From assembly GCA_016748015.1 (NCBI GenBank), contig JAAOMT010000372.1, forward strand, positions 372,001-436,000: a stretch of 64,000 bases of DNA, read 5' to 3'. The notes beneath the pieces are model-generated. The model was not told the DNA's origin. It ran no database searches and worked only from the letters and a program-made list of their open reading frames with translations. Shown here in pieces: positions 26,101-39,081 of this stretch. The translations under genes and the position numbers were made by a program. The stretch is from Geosiphon pyriformis uo1 (lineage: Eukaryota; Fungi; Glomeromycota). Each line of letters begins with the position of its first letter. Positions within the stretch are counted from its first letter, which is position 1.

Positions 26101-27340
26101 AATAATATTACAATTAAAAATTATAGTTTTTATTAATTATTATATATATTAGTCATTAATATTATATAGTTAATCATCTTATTTTTAAAAAATAATTAAT
26201 AATCTGATTATTGATATAATTATTAATTTAATTACTAATTTAATTATCAACTATTTTAAGTAACTATATAAATAATATATCTTTTAATTTTAAAAAAATA
26301 TGCTTAAATATACAAAACATATGTAAATTAAAGTAATAAAAATAATTTTTAAATATTCAATTTTTTTTAATTTACTTATTTCTTTTTTCTAATTTCTTTT
26401 ATATATCTAAATATTTTTGTAATATTTACCTAAAATTATTGATATTAAAAAGTATAATTGATACTTGATATTAAATTTTAAAAGCACTAATATAAAACAT
26501 AAAATTATAATATAAATTATCTTTCTATCTTTAAATTTTCTTATTATTTTTTGAAAAAAATAGTGACTAAGATATTTATAAGATTAATTTTATATATTAA
26601 ATTTATATTAATTTAATTTGTTATTTGAATTTGAATTTTCTTTTAATTATTTTTATTATTATATAAATTTGTTTTATTTTGCTATTTGTTAGCTTGTTAT
26701 TTCAATTCATAATAATATTATAATTAAAAACCATAGTTTTTATTAATTATTATATATATTAATTATTAATATTATATAAGTAGCTATTCTATTTTTAAAA
26801 AATAATTAATAACTTGATTAATAATTTGATTATTAATCTAATTATTAACTTGATTATTAACCACTTTAAATAGTTATATAAACAATAAATTTTTTAATTA
26901 AAAAAAGACATAAAAAACATATTTAATATATATAAATTAAAATAATAAAAATTACTTTTAAAAATATTTAATTTTTTTTAATTTGTTTATTTTTTTTAAT
27001 TTTTCAAGTATTTAAACATTTGTAATAAAAAATTATTAAATAAATATTATTAAAAAATATAATTAATACTTTATATTAAATTCTAAAAATACTAATATAA
27101 GACATAAAATTATATTAGTGTATTATTTTTTGTTTATAATACAGACTATCTTTCTATTTTTAAATTTTTTTATTATTTTTTGGAAAGATTAATAATTAAA
27201 ATATTTATAAAACTAATTTTATATATTAAATTTATAACAATTTAATTTACTTTTTGAAGTGAAATTCTTTTTTAATTAATTTTATTACTATACAATTTTG
27301 TTTTACTTTATTATTTATTAGTTTATTATATTAACTTGTA
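26101..27340. repeat. Tandem direct duplication of ~610-630 bp AT-rich unit (26101-26710 and 26711-~27340)
   Basis: Both units begin AATAATATTA(C/T)AATTAAAAA..ATAGTTTTTATTAATTATTATATATATT and align through to the end. Confidence 0.75.
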
Positions 27341-30131
27341 ATAATAGTATTAAAAATTAAATTGTTATTATAAATTTATTATAAAACTTATTTATATTTA
27401 TTTTTAATAAATTATTATTTATTAATTAAATAATAATTTTTAATTAAAATTATTTATATTATTATATTTAAAAAAACCATTTAAAACCATTTAAACAATT
27501 GCAAAAATAACTTTAAAAACTTTGAATAGCAGCAAATAAATTTTAATTTAATTTTTAAAAATAAATATATAATATATAATATAATAAAAATTAAAAAAAA
27601 ACATATAATAATTATAATAAAAAATCTATATTACAATATTAATATTATCTAACAACCATAATTAAAAAACTTACAAAAAACCAATCATAGTTTAAATTAT
27701 AATTATTAAAATTAAATATATTAAAAAAACAATTTTATAATATTATTATTTATAAAATTTTTCTTTATATAAACTATTATAATAATTATAAATATTGATT
27801 TGTTTTTTTGGTTTATAATAATTATTAAATTTATATTTAAAACCACAATATTTAATATAAATATAAAATTATAATTAGTAGTTTTATTTTTAATAATAAA
27901 GTTTTGATTACTTAATTTAATTATATTTTTATTTATAATTAGATAAAAAAATAAGAAATTTAATATAAATATAACTAAAATTATAATAATTTATAAAACT
28001 TTAATTATTTAATTTAGCTATATTTTTATTTATATTATTTTAAAATATTTGATAAGACAATTTTACAAAATCTTAAATAAAAATAATTTTAACATATAAA
28101 TTTATATTTTTTATAATTTTTTTTTTTAAAAGCAACTTGAATATTTTTTTGTGTTAATTTATGTTAAATATTTGATTTAACATAATATATAAACCAATTT
28201 AATAAAAAAATTATTCATATTATTAATTATAATATTAAAAAATATAGTTTATATTTTATATACATAATTTTATATTTATTTTTATAAAACACACATTTTT
28301 TTAAAGTCCTAAAAACTGTTTTAAAATAAAAATTAGATTTTAAATAACAAAATATAAATATTTATACTATATATATGTAATTTATAATTGGCCACAAATT
28401 ATATAAATTATAGATAACATATTATTATCTATAAGATATTATTTAATTAATAAAATATTATATATTAATATTATATTATATAACTAATTAGAGTTGTTAT
28501 AAATTTTTTTTATAAAATAGAGCGTTATATATGTATTGATTTTTAATTATATACATATTTTTTTTTTGGTAATATTAACTATATGTTGTTAATGAATTAA
28601 AGTAACAAAATATAATTCACTTATGAATTACAATGTAATATAAAACAGTTATGGTTAATGTTTTTAAAAAAACATTTTTAGAATTATTCAACTAAAAGAT
28701 TTTTATATCACTATTTGGAAAAAGTGCTTGCAACATTCACATATGCTTTGTATTAATTTCTAAACAAGTTAAATAAGTTAAATAAGTTATCTTTTATAAG
28801 TTCAGTTAAAAAGTTCAATTATTATGTACTTTGATATTAATACCAGAAAAAAAATTAACTATTAAGACAAAAATGAAAACAAGATTCTTTGAGTGTTTTG
28901 CAACACTCTGTGATTACAGACTTTGAAGATAAGGATAAACTTTAAATTAGCGAGCCATTTAAAAATTTCATCTTCACTACTGTTAATAGAGGCCTTCAAT
29001 AACAAGAGTAATGAAATATCCTTCTTCTTTGACTGAACGGATTATTAAATTTGAAGGTGGAAATGGATTCAATCAAGTGCCATTCATGAGATAAATTTTC
29101 TTTTGGCGTGTTACTGATTTCATTAGTATTCCCAAACCTGAGAACTCGATAGCTGAGGCCAATGCTTAGTAGTTCTATAAAGCCATGAACGATCAACATA
29201 TTATTGGATTGACACACAGTGGAACAAACATTTAGCCTAAAGTAAAAACTTTTAAAAATTCACTCGAGTATCCTCTATATCATATCATATATTGATATTT
29301 TCCAAGGACAATCAGGATCGATGTTCCTGATGTGCCAAGTTTGGCTTCTAAGTAGAACGACGCAGTTGGTTTGTGTGTTTGCAATGAGGAGAATGACAAA
29401 TCAATTTTCGACAGGACTGTACAAGAAAATCATAGTATTCACATCGGCGTCAATAGAAGTACCATGTTACACATAGCAAAATTATCAGGTTACGCGTTTG
29501 TTAACACATATACTCAGAGTATAGATTTTCAAACTGGAGTGATTGAGTATGGAGATTAGACTAGTCGGACACTGGGAAATGTGTTGAGGAGTTGTGAGGA
29601 AGAGGACTAAGCATATTTGACGTAAGATGTTCACTTTGTCTGGTTTTATTGCAATATGCAATGGATTGATTTTGGAATCATTTATCCATTGTTTTTTTCT
29701 GAAAAATGAAAAAGTTTTTTTTACATATAAAATTGAAAAAATGAACAATTTTTATTAATTACAATTATAACGTTTTTTAAATAATTGATAAATTAAATAT
29801 CATTAAAAATGTTTTTGTATTTTAATAATTTTAATATTTATATCTTAATCAATTCGTGGTGATAAATTTCCAAAGAATTTTTGTTGAAAACTTTATTTAT
29901 AACTGTAACTTTTGTTAATTATAAGTATTTTTTATTATCGTGTTTAATAATTGATTTCAGAAAATTTTTTCAAAATAAGCATTTATAAATTTAGTTATAT
30001 TAAATAAGTTTAGGGTGTTTTTAAATTTGTTAAAAGTTAAATTAAGCAATATATATATATATATATATTTGAATTGGACAATTTTAATATTTTAACAAGT
30101 TTTTCTATGACTTGATTGTTTTGAGTAAATA

Positions 30132-30132
<1 letters not shown>

Positions 30133-30178
<46 letters not shown>
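30133..30178. repeat. (AAAT)n microsatellite (also (TA)n at ~30049-30067)
   Basis: Directly visible. Confidence 0.9.
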
Positions 30179-33100
30179 AAGTTTTTATTCATGTAAGAGG
30201 TGAAATTATTTTCAATAAAAATGACCAATAATAAATAATGTTCACATGCTTAGATTTTAAATTTTTCGGAACAATACAGATTCAGCTTTGAAATTTTGAA
30301 TTGTTTTGTATATGAAAGGTAAAACTGTAGATTGTCATTTGCATTTCAGAAAATACTTGAGCAAAGTTAAAACTTCCCAAAAATGGTTTTATCGAACTTT
30401 ATTTAATTAAGAAAAGAGAAATTTTCCATTGCTTGGCTGGCCAAGGATAACAAAATTAGTCGGGGGAAGGGGGAAGGGGAAGGGGGAGGAGGGAGGGGGA
30501 GTTTTTTGGTTAATAAGTCTTGGAATTTCAAAAGCAGCAAAAGTTTGCATGATCAGTTTTCTAATTTTTTTTTTAAATATTATGCTCTTAAAAGTTACAC
30601 TTCATGACCCGCGGGCATCAATTACATCTCAAATGCTTTTCATTTATTACCAATTATATGTAAACATTTTTATTGGATATCGGTAAAAAATTTGAAACCG
30701 AAGGACTGTTTCAATAAAGTATTAAAAAAATATTAAAAAGTATTAGAAAGCACACAATTCAACTTCCAGCCAAACAAAGATACTTTTGAAACTTAAAAAT
30801 AATTAAATTTTATTCCATATCGAATAAACCTGAAAATCATCACAAGGTCTTTTTCAACTTTGAACTTTCTTCCAAAATTTTATTTTTTTTCTCAACTGGG
30901 AGATTTTCCTTGAACAAACAGAGAAAAAAAACCATTTATTAGATTCAAAAAATTTTTCCATTTTTTCTTAGATTATGAAAAAAAAAAAGCTTATTTTTTA
31001 GAAAAACTAATGACAATGAATTAAAAATTGAAAAATGTAACCTACGCCTTTCCCACATAGAATATAAACCCTAGATTTAAAGTATGGTACATCTGTTAAC
31101 ACAAAGATCAAGAGAAAACACATGTAAAATGCAAAAAGAATTCTTGTTTATAAAATTCCTATTAAAAGAAGACAAGGTAAATACACACATAAGAAAATTT
31201 TTGTGAAACAACATTTTCACATTTTCAAAGATCAAAAAACTGTGCCGCACTAAATGGAGTCAATTTATCCAAACTATTTATATTGAATGTTTTATTGTAA
31301 AATCTCCAAAAGTCCTATACAATTGTAAATAGCGTTTTTCCAAAAATTGAAATCAAAAAATGAATATTTAAATATGAAGATTTACTACGCTATTATCATT
31401 ATTTTTAAATCACCATAGAAAATGGCACAGCACTTTGTTTGTAAATGAGATTTCCATGGCTGTGACTCAATTCCTAAAAAGAGTTGGATCTAAAAATAAA
31501 TAAAATAATATTTTTATTTATTTATATTTATTTATATTTATTTATATTTTCCTTAATCAGTTATTAATAAAATGATCTTTTTCAAGGGGAAATTTCAATT
31601 AGAATAGAGAAACATAAAATTACCTGTCAAGGAATCGTCAAATTGACAGGAAACACAACATGTTTTAACTAATGAAAAAACCTGTATCAAATTTAACGTG
31701 GCCAGACTATTTTTGTTCTAAACCTAAAATCGGCCCGCTTATCGGTAAATTAATTTCACCGATGATATCAATGATGAATCATAATGATTTTTCTCATTCG
31801 AAGAGTTAAAACCAATCAGTTAACTACAACAACAAAAACAACAACATAAAAAAAAAACCAACAAAAATAATAAAATAATAAAGTGAAATTAAAAGACATC
31901 AGAATAGAGATAAGCAAAGGCTAAAAAAAAAAATTTTGGCTGAATAATGTTTATCACAAACAGAATAGAAGAGGTGGAAAGAATAAGTTCCCGTCAATCT
32001 CTATCATATTCATGATTCCTAATGATAAAAGATATTTACTTTAAATTAAAATTAAAAATTTCACTCTCTTTAAACTGATAAAATGAAAAATAATTTTTTT
32101 TTAATTGATTTATGAAAATAACTTGTTTTGAATTCAATTGAATTGAATTGAATTTCTTTACATTCGAAATTAGTATGATGCAAATTTTTTTTCCAAAATA
32201 GTTTTAATTGACACAATTTCATCATAAAAATGCTTAGTAAAACTATTACACTTAAAGATTTTCTTGATATGAAAAATTTTGATCCCATTTTACCCTTGTT
32301 ACGAAATCATTACGCATAAGAATTAATTGACTTATTTTCCAGCTTGAGAGTTTGATTTGTTAATATCTAATTTTCCGATGTTACCCCAACTTCCAACAGT
32401 TTAACTGCATATTTTATACTAGTTATTATATATATTAAAAATATTCTGCCTAGTATCATGAAAAAAAACTCCGATCAGTAAATCATATAATGATTCCAAG
32501 AAATTTTTAACCGCCCTCGGTAGATTTTTTACCAGGGAAATATCGGTAGAATATTATACCGATTCTAAGGGTACAGCGGCAAATGCGGCAGCTTCGGGCC
32601 AATTGACACCGCATTCAAATTTGGAGAATCATCATTAATACTAAACTTGATGTTAAATTATATGCATAATTCAGATTTTTATATCATAATTCATTCATTC
32701 ATTAACCATCTTTCTACCCCAATTCGACATTTTTATGCCGCTTACTCCGGTAGCAAAAAAAAATACAAAAAAAATACAAAAAAATCTTTTTTGTATTAGT
32801 GAATCATGGCGTTAATGATCTTTTATGTGTATAAATATCAGGCAGGAACTTGCCTTCTTGTCAACAAAAAATTTTATTCCAATCAAACAACTGAACAATA
32901 AGTCTCGGTATTCAAAAAATTACTAGTTTTTTGATGTGTAATTTTTTAAAAAAATATTATATAATTATTTCGACAACATAACGAAAACACATTTATGTGA
33001 TTTTCATTGAAATTACTCCTTTGACGTCAACATAAAGAAACACACCTAATTCTTCCCGAATTCATGAGCAACTCTAAAAAAGTATATTAAAAACACAATT

Positions 33101-33352
33101 TTGAATTTCCTATTTTTGTAATACACACACAGTTTTCAGATACGCGTGTAAAGTTTACCAATTTTATCAATTACATATGTCACAATAATATTTAGTGCGT
33201 TTCAAATTTGAAAAAATAATATAACATCCTTTGATCTTTTTCTGATCCCTTCGCCTTTACTTGTCTTTTTCTTTCTTTCTTTCTTTCTTTCTTTCTATCT
33301 CCTCACCCCTCACCCCTCTCTATTTGACTTTTGTCGTTAAATAAAAATAAAA

Positions 33353-35167
33353 ATGTTTCAAGGATCAGAAAATTTATTCAATTCATCAAATTCAGAAAAC
33401 TTCCTGAACGACATTACGTTCAAACACTCAAAAACTTCCATACCTATAATTAATATATACAATCCTGAAGAATCTTTAGAGATGGACTTTATTCAACCAG
33501 AATTTGAAAATAGTTTCAAATTCAATAAAAATTCGATATCATCAACTTTTTACCTTGAACCCAAATCTCAAACAGAATTAAATTCAGTGAACAATAATTT
33601 ACTCCAAAAATCTCTCACAGACAATCGCACTAACACTGATAGCTTCTTTAATAAACAATATGCGAGTTCAAGGATCCACTTGCCATTGTCACCAGCTTCT
33701 TTCATGAATTCCAAGGATGCTTTAACATTTCATGAAGGAAAGAGGTCACCTCCAAGGCCCATTACTTTTGACATTTCCTCCTTACCCCAAGAAAAGTTTC
33801 AAAAATTCAATACAATGATGTCAATGGTAACCACTGAGGCAGAAGATGACGTTTTACTGTCTTTGTCGTCCTCATCATCATCATCATCACCACCTCCATT
33901 GACTCCTCACTTATCAAGTGAAGATATGACCAACATTTCAAGTGCCTCATCAGTCCTCACCAATCATCAAGACACCATTCAATCCAATCGACCAGACAAA
34001 CCGCTTGCACCACAATTCGTATTCAAGAAGCGATCAAAGCGAAACCAAAAGAAATCTAGTTTCTTACGTGGCTTGAAACGTATTTTCCGCAAGCAGAAAC
34101 CTGATTCGAAAGAAGCTTCATTTAGCAAAGACACCCTTAATATTCACGAAAAGTATGGTAATCTCGGTAAGGAACTCGGTTCAGGAGCTGGTGGTACTGT
34201 GCGTTTAATACAACGGCCAAAAGATCGTAAGGTATTCGCCGTGAAACAATTTCGACAAAGAGAGGTATATGAGAGTGAACGTTTATACATGAAAAAAATC
34301 ACGGCTGAATTTTGTATCGGTTCGACACTTCATCATGAGAACATTATTGAAACATTGGACATTGTGCGCGAAAACGGTCTCTATTACGAAGTGATGGAAT
34401 TTGCTCCATACGATTTATTCGATGTTGTAATGTCTGGCGAACTATCGAAGCAAGAAATTGCATGTCTGTTTAAACAACTTATCAATGCCATCCATTATCT
34501 CCATGGAATGGGTATTGCTCATCGTGACCTGAAGCTGGACAATTGTGTAGTGACCGAGACTGGGGTGTTAAAATTAATTGATTTCGGATGTTCATCAATC
34601 TTCAAGTATCCCTTTTCCAATAGAATCATAAAGGTATCCGGAGCTTTGGGATCAGATCCTTATATTTCACCGGAATGTCATAACACGGAAAAATATGATC
34701 CAAGACCCGCTGATATTTGGTCAATGGGAGTGATCTTTGTGTGCATGACTATCGGTCGATTTCCATGGATGCTGGCTAAACCAGGGGTTGAGCCACCTTA
34801 TCGAGCATACCTGAAAAATCCGGATCGATTGCTCAAACGTCTACCGCAAGAATCACGAGAAATCATCAGAAAAATCTTGGAACCCGATGTTACGAAACGT
34901 GCGACGATCCAAGATATTTTGAACGATGAATGGATCAAATCGATCGAATTATGTTTACATCAAGAAAAGGCTCAAGGACATGTTCATCATTTGCCCAAGC
35001 AAATGCACAAAATGCATGGCCAAGAACCCATCCCAATTGATGAAGGTTCTGCCTCATCGTCAGGAATTACTAGTTACAGTATGCCAGAAGGTCAAGGATT
35101 TGAATCATTGAATTCGAAACAATATCGCGACAAAAAACAACGACGTAGAAAGCGATTTTTCTTTTGA
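33353..35167 (+). CDS. HAL/NPR-family Ser/Thr protein kinase (Hrk1/Sat4-like), 604 aa, intronless
   Basis: GSGAGGTV, FAVKQF, YMKKITAEFCIGSTLHHENIIET (HAL-family signature), HRDLKLDN, DFG and GSDPYISPE; S-rich N-terminus. Confidence 0.93.
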   Translation: MFQGSENLFNSSNSENFLNDITFKHSKTSIPIINIYNPEESLEMDFIQPEFENSFKFNKNSISSTFYLEPKSQTELNSVNNNLLQKSLTDNRTNTDSFFNKQYASSRIHLPLSPASFMNSKDALTFHEGKRSPPRPITFDISSLPQEKFQKFNTMMSMVTTEAEDDVLLSLSSSSSSSSPPPLTPHLSSEDMTNISSASSVLTNHQDTIQSNRPDKPLAPQFVFKKRSKRNQKKSSFLRGLKRIFRKQKPDSKEASFSKDTLNIHEKYGNLGKELGSGAGGTVRLIQRPKDRKVFAVKQFRQREVYESERLYMKKITAEFCIGSTLHHENIIETLDIVRENGLYYEVMEFAPYDLFDVVMSGELSKQEIACLFKQLINAIHYLHGMGIAHRDLKLDNCVVTETGVLKLIDFGCSSIFKYPFSNRIIKVSGALGSDPYISPECHNTEKYDPRPADIWSMGVIFVCMTIGRFPWMLAKPGVEPPYRAYLKNPDRLLKRLPQESREIIRKILEPDVTKRATIQDILNDEWIKSIELCLHQEKAQGHVHHLPKQMHKMHGQEPIPIDEGSASSSGITSYSMPEGQGFESLNSKQYRDKKQRRRKRFFF

Positions 35168-37572
35168 TTGAACATTTCGAAAAGTTTTTTTCTTAAAATA
35201 ATCTCTTCAAAAGTATATAAACTTTTTATTAATTGAACCAAGTATGATAATTTTTAAAATCAAAATCTCACTGTATCTTTCATCTAGAAAACGGTCACTA
35301 TTGACCAAAGCCCAATTATCAATTCTTATTTAATGTCACCTCACCCTCTCTTGTAAAAATTCACCCCTTTTTTTCCTTGTATTTTTTGTCTCGAAGACAG
35401 TTTTGCATGTTTTAGATTAGACATCTCCATTTGTACAAAAATTTGCAAATCAAATATACGAAAATCAAAAGATTTACGTTCAAAGTCTACTACGCGTTAA
35501 AGTAGATCGTAGAAAAAAATGAAAATCATGATCTGACACCATTTAATAAACATTTACTCTTTTGATCGTAAAAGGCGATGATTGTTAAATTCATAGAAAT
35601 TGCTGGCAGTTTAACAACTTTTAGTCATCAAAAAAATTAGAAACAAGCTACTTTCTATCGGGTATAGACCTTATCAGTAAACAACGCCTCTCAATGATTT
35701 GCAACACAACGGAAAAAATGATTAACTGATCAAAATTGTATAAATCTGTATTTGGATTAGATCAATTTAATATTTTTGGAATATTTACTTGATCCGAAAA
35801 AAAAGTTAATGTACGTGTTTATTCTTAATTAGGATAGGCACAAGTACTAAATGATAATCATCTTTTTGTATCATAATCTAGAAAAACAACGAGCATAATC
35901 AAATAAATATAAGATGACAAATTTGTTGACAGTCTAACAAGATTTTCTCAGAATCGCGTTTTTGATCGAATTTTATTTAATTTATGTTTTAAATCAATCG
36001 AAATAACCAAATTTAAATTCATAATCCCTTATCGTGGTCATGTACTTTTTTGGACGATGAAAATAATTTTTTTCATTTTAATCAACAATATCTTGGCATA
36101 AAAAGCTAAAAGGCTGATAGAAACGACAAAAGAAGGTCATAATAATTAGAGACCTGGAATTTCAAAAAAAAAAAAAAAATTTATTTGAAAATATGAGATT
36201 GATTTGATAAAAGAAACAATAAGCATGAGATATTATTTAATTAAAAATAGGGTTGCTAACTTGAAGACGGAAAAGAGAAATACAAAGATAAGAATCCTCA
36301 TATTGATATATAGATAGTACCAGCAGATCATTTTTTTAAACATAAAATCTCAAGTCATATAATGTTAAAAGATGAACAAATTATCTTGAATAATTTAAAT
36401 ATATTAAGAGTTAGCCTTTGGAAGATGAAGGTTCGATCATGAACAAGAAGATGTATATAAAATATTTCGGTGACAAAATATAAAGGAGTATCACCTAGTG
36501 TTTTTGTTGGAAAATTGGTTCGGCTAAACTCTCTGCTACAATATCATTTTAGAAGTACAATTGAAATTTTTTTTTACTTTGAATCGAAACATTATTTTAA
36601 GAGAAAACAATGAACGATCTTGTTATACCAGATTGTTTTTCTCTAAATTACAGATAATCAACAATTGAAAGTAATTATTATCATAAATTTTTTTTTTAAA
36701 TCTAAATATATTCTTTTGAGTTTTTTGTAAATAAATTTTAATATGCAGTAATGCGAATGATTTATATAAATATTAATGATAAGTTAAACTATTCAAATGA
36801 ATATGATAGCCCATAAAAGTTATTAAATCCTTAAATCTGTTCATTTTAACTATATATATAATTTGAACCCATTAGCGAAATGTAAATCAATTTTAAAACG
36901 ACGTTGGGGATTAGGGAACTAAAAAAAAAGGTCTAGGAAAGGTTAACGTTCTTTCAAAAGCGTGCATGAGGGAAATTTTACTATGAAGCTTTGGTTGATT
37001 TAGGTGACGATAAATTCAAATTCGAAAAATTTCTCGATCTCGTTGGCCACAACATTAGCCTTCTTCTCTCGGTTTTTCTGATGCCATTGGTTTTGGAAAA
37101 GTTCTTTGATAAATGAAATTATTTAAATAAATCAATTACTTTTGAACCTAAAATTATATTTTAGAAACATCGATCCATTTCGCCAATCTTTTGTTTTTGT
37201 ATTTTTACATTTAGAATTGATACATGAGTTAATTCAGATTTTATCGCGCTTTGGACTGCCAAACATGATTTATAGCTATTATTAATGGGAAAATAAAATT
37301 AAAAAGTCAAAAATTCACATGACATCAACTTGAGATTTATAGATTAATTCTTTCTTTTATTGGCAGATTTTTCAAAAGCTCATGTTTTTCAGCAATCTCC
37401 TTTATTTTGCTCACTTCAAACACTACGGGCCTTTGTATCATCATTGAAAAGATAAAAATTTTCAAAGTTCTCATCATTCAATAGCCTTTTAAGAACAATC
37501 GCAATCAATGGAGACCAATTCAAAGCTTAGACTTACATGGGGAAAATGATTACGTTTTTGACGCAAGCGAAT

Positions 37573-37680
37573 TTGGAAGGAAGGAAGGAAAATTAAGGTT
37601 GATTAGTAATGTTGCTCGTTGGAAGGAAGGAAGGAAGGAAGGAAGGAAGGAAAATTAAGGTTGATTAGTAATGTTGCTCG
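37573..37680. repeat. Tandem duplication of TT(GGAA)n-AATTAAGGTTGATTAGTAATGTTGCTCG
   Basis: Two copies (37573-37618 and 37619-37680) differing only in GGAA repeat number. Confidence 0.9.
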
Positions 37681-37970
37681 AGCGACAAAAGCAACTCCTC
37701 AATTTCCAACCTACAAACTCCCCAGCGATATCGGGTCAGGCATCAATTGAAACCATCGGGACTTAAGACCCTACTTGAACGAACAAGCCACAGAAATTGT
37801 GGTCAAGCATTGTGGTAGACTTTGCCGATTTGCCTTCGACCTCTTTTAATATATATTTTTCCTCCATTCTGCAAAACTCGTGGTTCTCCTCAATGAGGCG
37901 ACCGCCGACGAACATGAACTCTCAGCGAAAAGGGCGATAGCAGCTCGTCACAAGTGTCAGCAGATGGAAG
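37672..37970 (+). pseudogene. tnpA: IS607-type serine recombinase (TnpA) remnant
   Basis: Across frameshifts: LLERQKQLL..FPTYKLPSDIGSGIN*..GLKTLLER..EIVVKHCGRLCRFAFDLF*YIF..KLVVLL..EHELS, matching DLERQ, DIGSG, EVVV..DRL.RF and EL.ED of IS607 resolvases. The catalytic YxRVS segment is not seen. Confidence 0.8.
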
Positions 37971-37974
37971 ACAG

Positions 37975-39081
37975 TCTCAGTCGTACACTATTAATCAAGG
38001 TGTATCCGAATCGTTCTCAAAAGCAACTTTTGAAGCGGTGGTTGGGCTTGACGAGATTTACTTATAATACTGTAGTCTACTGGAGTCGACATCATCGCTT
38101 TTATACCAAAATTCCCTTATTAATCAATCGTAACAGGCTTCAAATCCAACAAAAATGAACTTAAGCTTTACACAGATTTTCTGGCAGGAAAAGACGCTAA
38201 TGAACACGAAGACAAGAAACTCCAAAAAGCTGCAATATGGGGCGAGTGCAAGTTCATGAAAACTGTTTTATGTCTCGGAATGTTGCTTTGGGTTATGCAC
38301 GGTAAAACAATCGATGAAGCATTGGTTTCTAGGGAAGAATTAATTAGAAGTAATGCGAATTGACAAGGCCCTATAAGCACACTCCATGATTTCGATCCGC
38401 AACAAACAATGACAATTCTTCATTTCGAAAAAAAGAGGTATAGTAATAGGTGGCCCGTTCTTCCCAAGATAATTTCGGATGGCAAGTTTACTTACTCTCG
38501 CAAAATTAACGAGTGGAAGTTAATGTGGTCTCCATTGATCCCCTATACCTTTTACATGGTACTTTCTCACGAAAGGTGTAGGCAATATTTGGACAATCTC
38601 ATTTCCCGAAATGATACGTTATTAGTATCCTTCACAAAAAATAAGAATAAAATGGCTCGGCGACTCGATAAGGCAGTTTTTCGGATGCCGCGAAAAGTTA
38701 TACATTTGCAAGGTGAAATTCACCCGAAATAGTTACATTCTTTGACCGCAAATTCGACGCCATTATAATTCCTCCTTTGAATGTCGGACATGATGAATCG
38801 CAAGACAAAAAGATTACACGAAAAACCGTCTGGAAATGCTTTTTTGGGCGCATTATCGCTTTCGACAACGTTTGATCACCAAAACCGAGGGGTTAGAGGC
38901 CCATGTTATTATCCAGAACGACGTTTACGAATCCAAGATTTGTAGTCAATTTGGCAAAATCCAAAGAATCGGAGGGTCCGAAGTGCACAACTGCCGAAAT
39001 TGTGGGATTGTGATAGATAGAGATGAAAATGGCGCTCGGGGGATTTCCGCCGGGCATTGCTTCGTGGGGCCTTGGTCCTAG
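37975..39081 (+). pseudogene. TnpB/Fanzor2 RNA-guided nuclease pseudogene
   Basis: N-terminal RTLLIKVYPNRSQKQLLKRWLGLTRFTYN (HTH_OrfB_IS605-like). RuvC-I VSIDP at 38528-38542; FDAIIIPP; WAHYRFRQRL; QNDVYESKIC..G...CRNCG zinc ribbon; RuvC-III DRDENGARGI. Multiple frameshifts and deletions. Confidence 0.9.

Noticed and set aside
37573-37680. CRISPR-like repeat-spacer array beside a RuvC nuclease
   Set aside because: Only two units, and the 'spacers' are GGAA microsatellites.
37880-38158. Genuine TnpA-TnpB fusion protein
   Set aside because: Both parts are internally deleted and surrounded by stops and frameshifts; the in-frame join is most simply a decay artefact.
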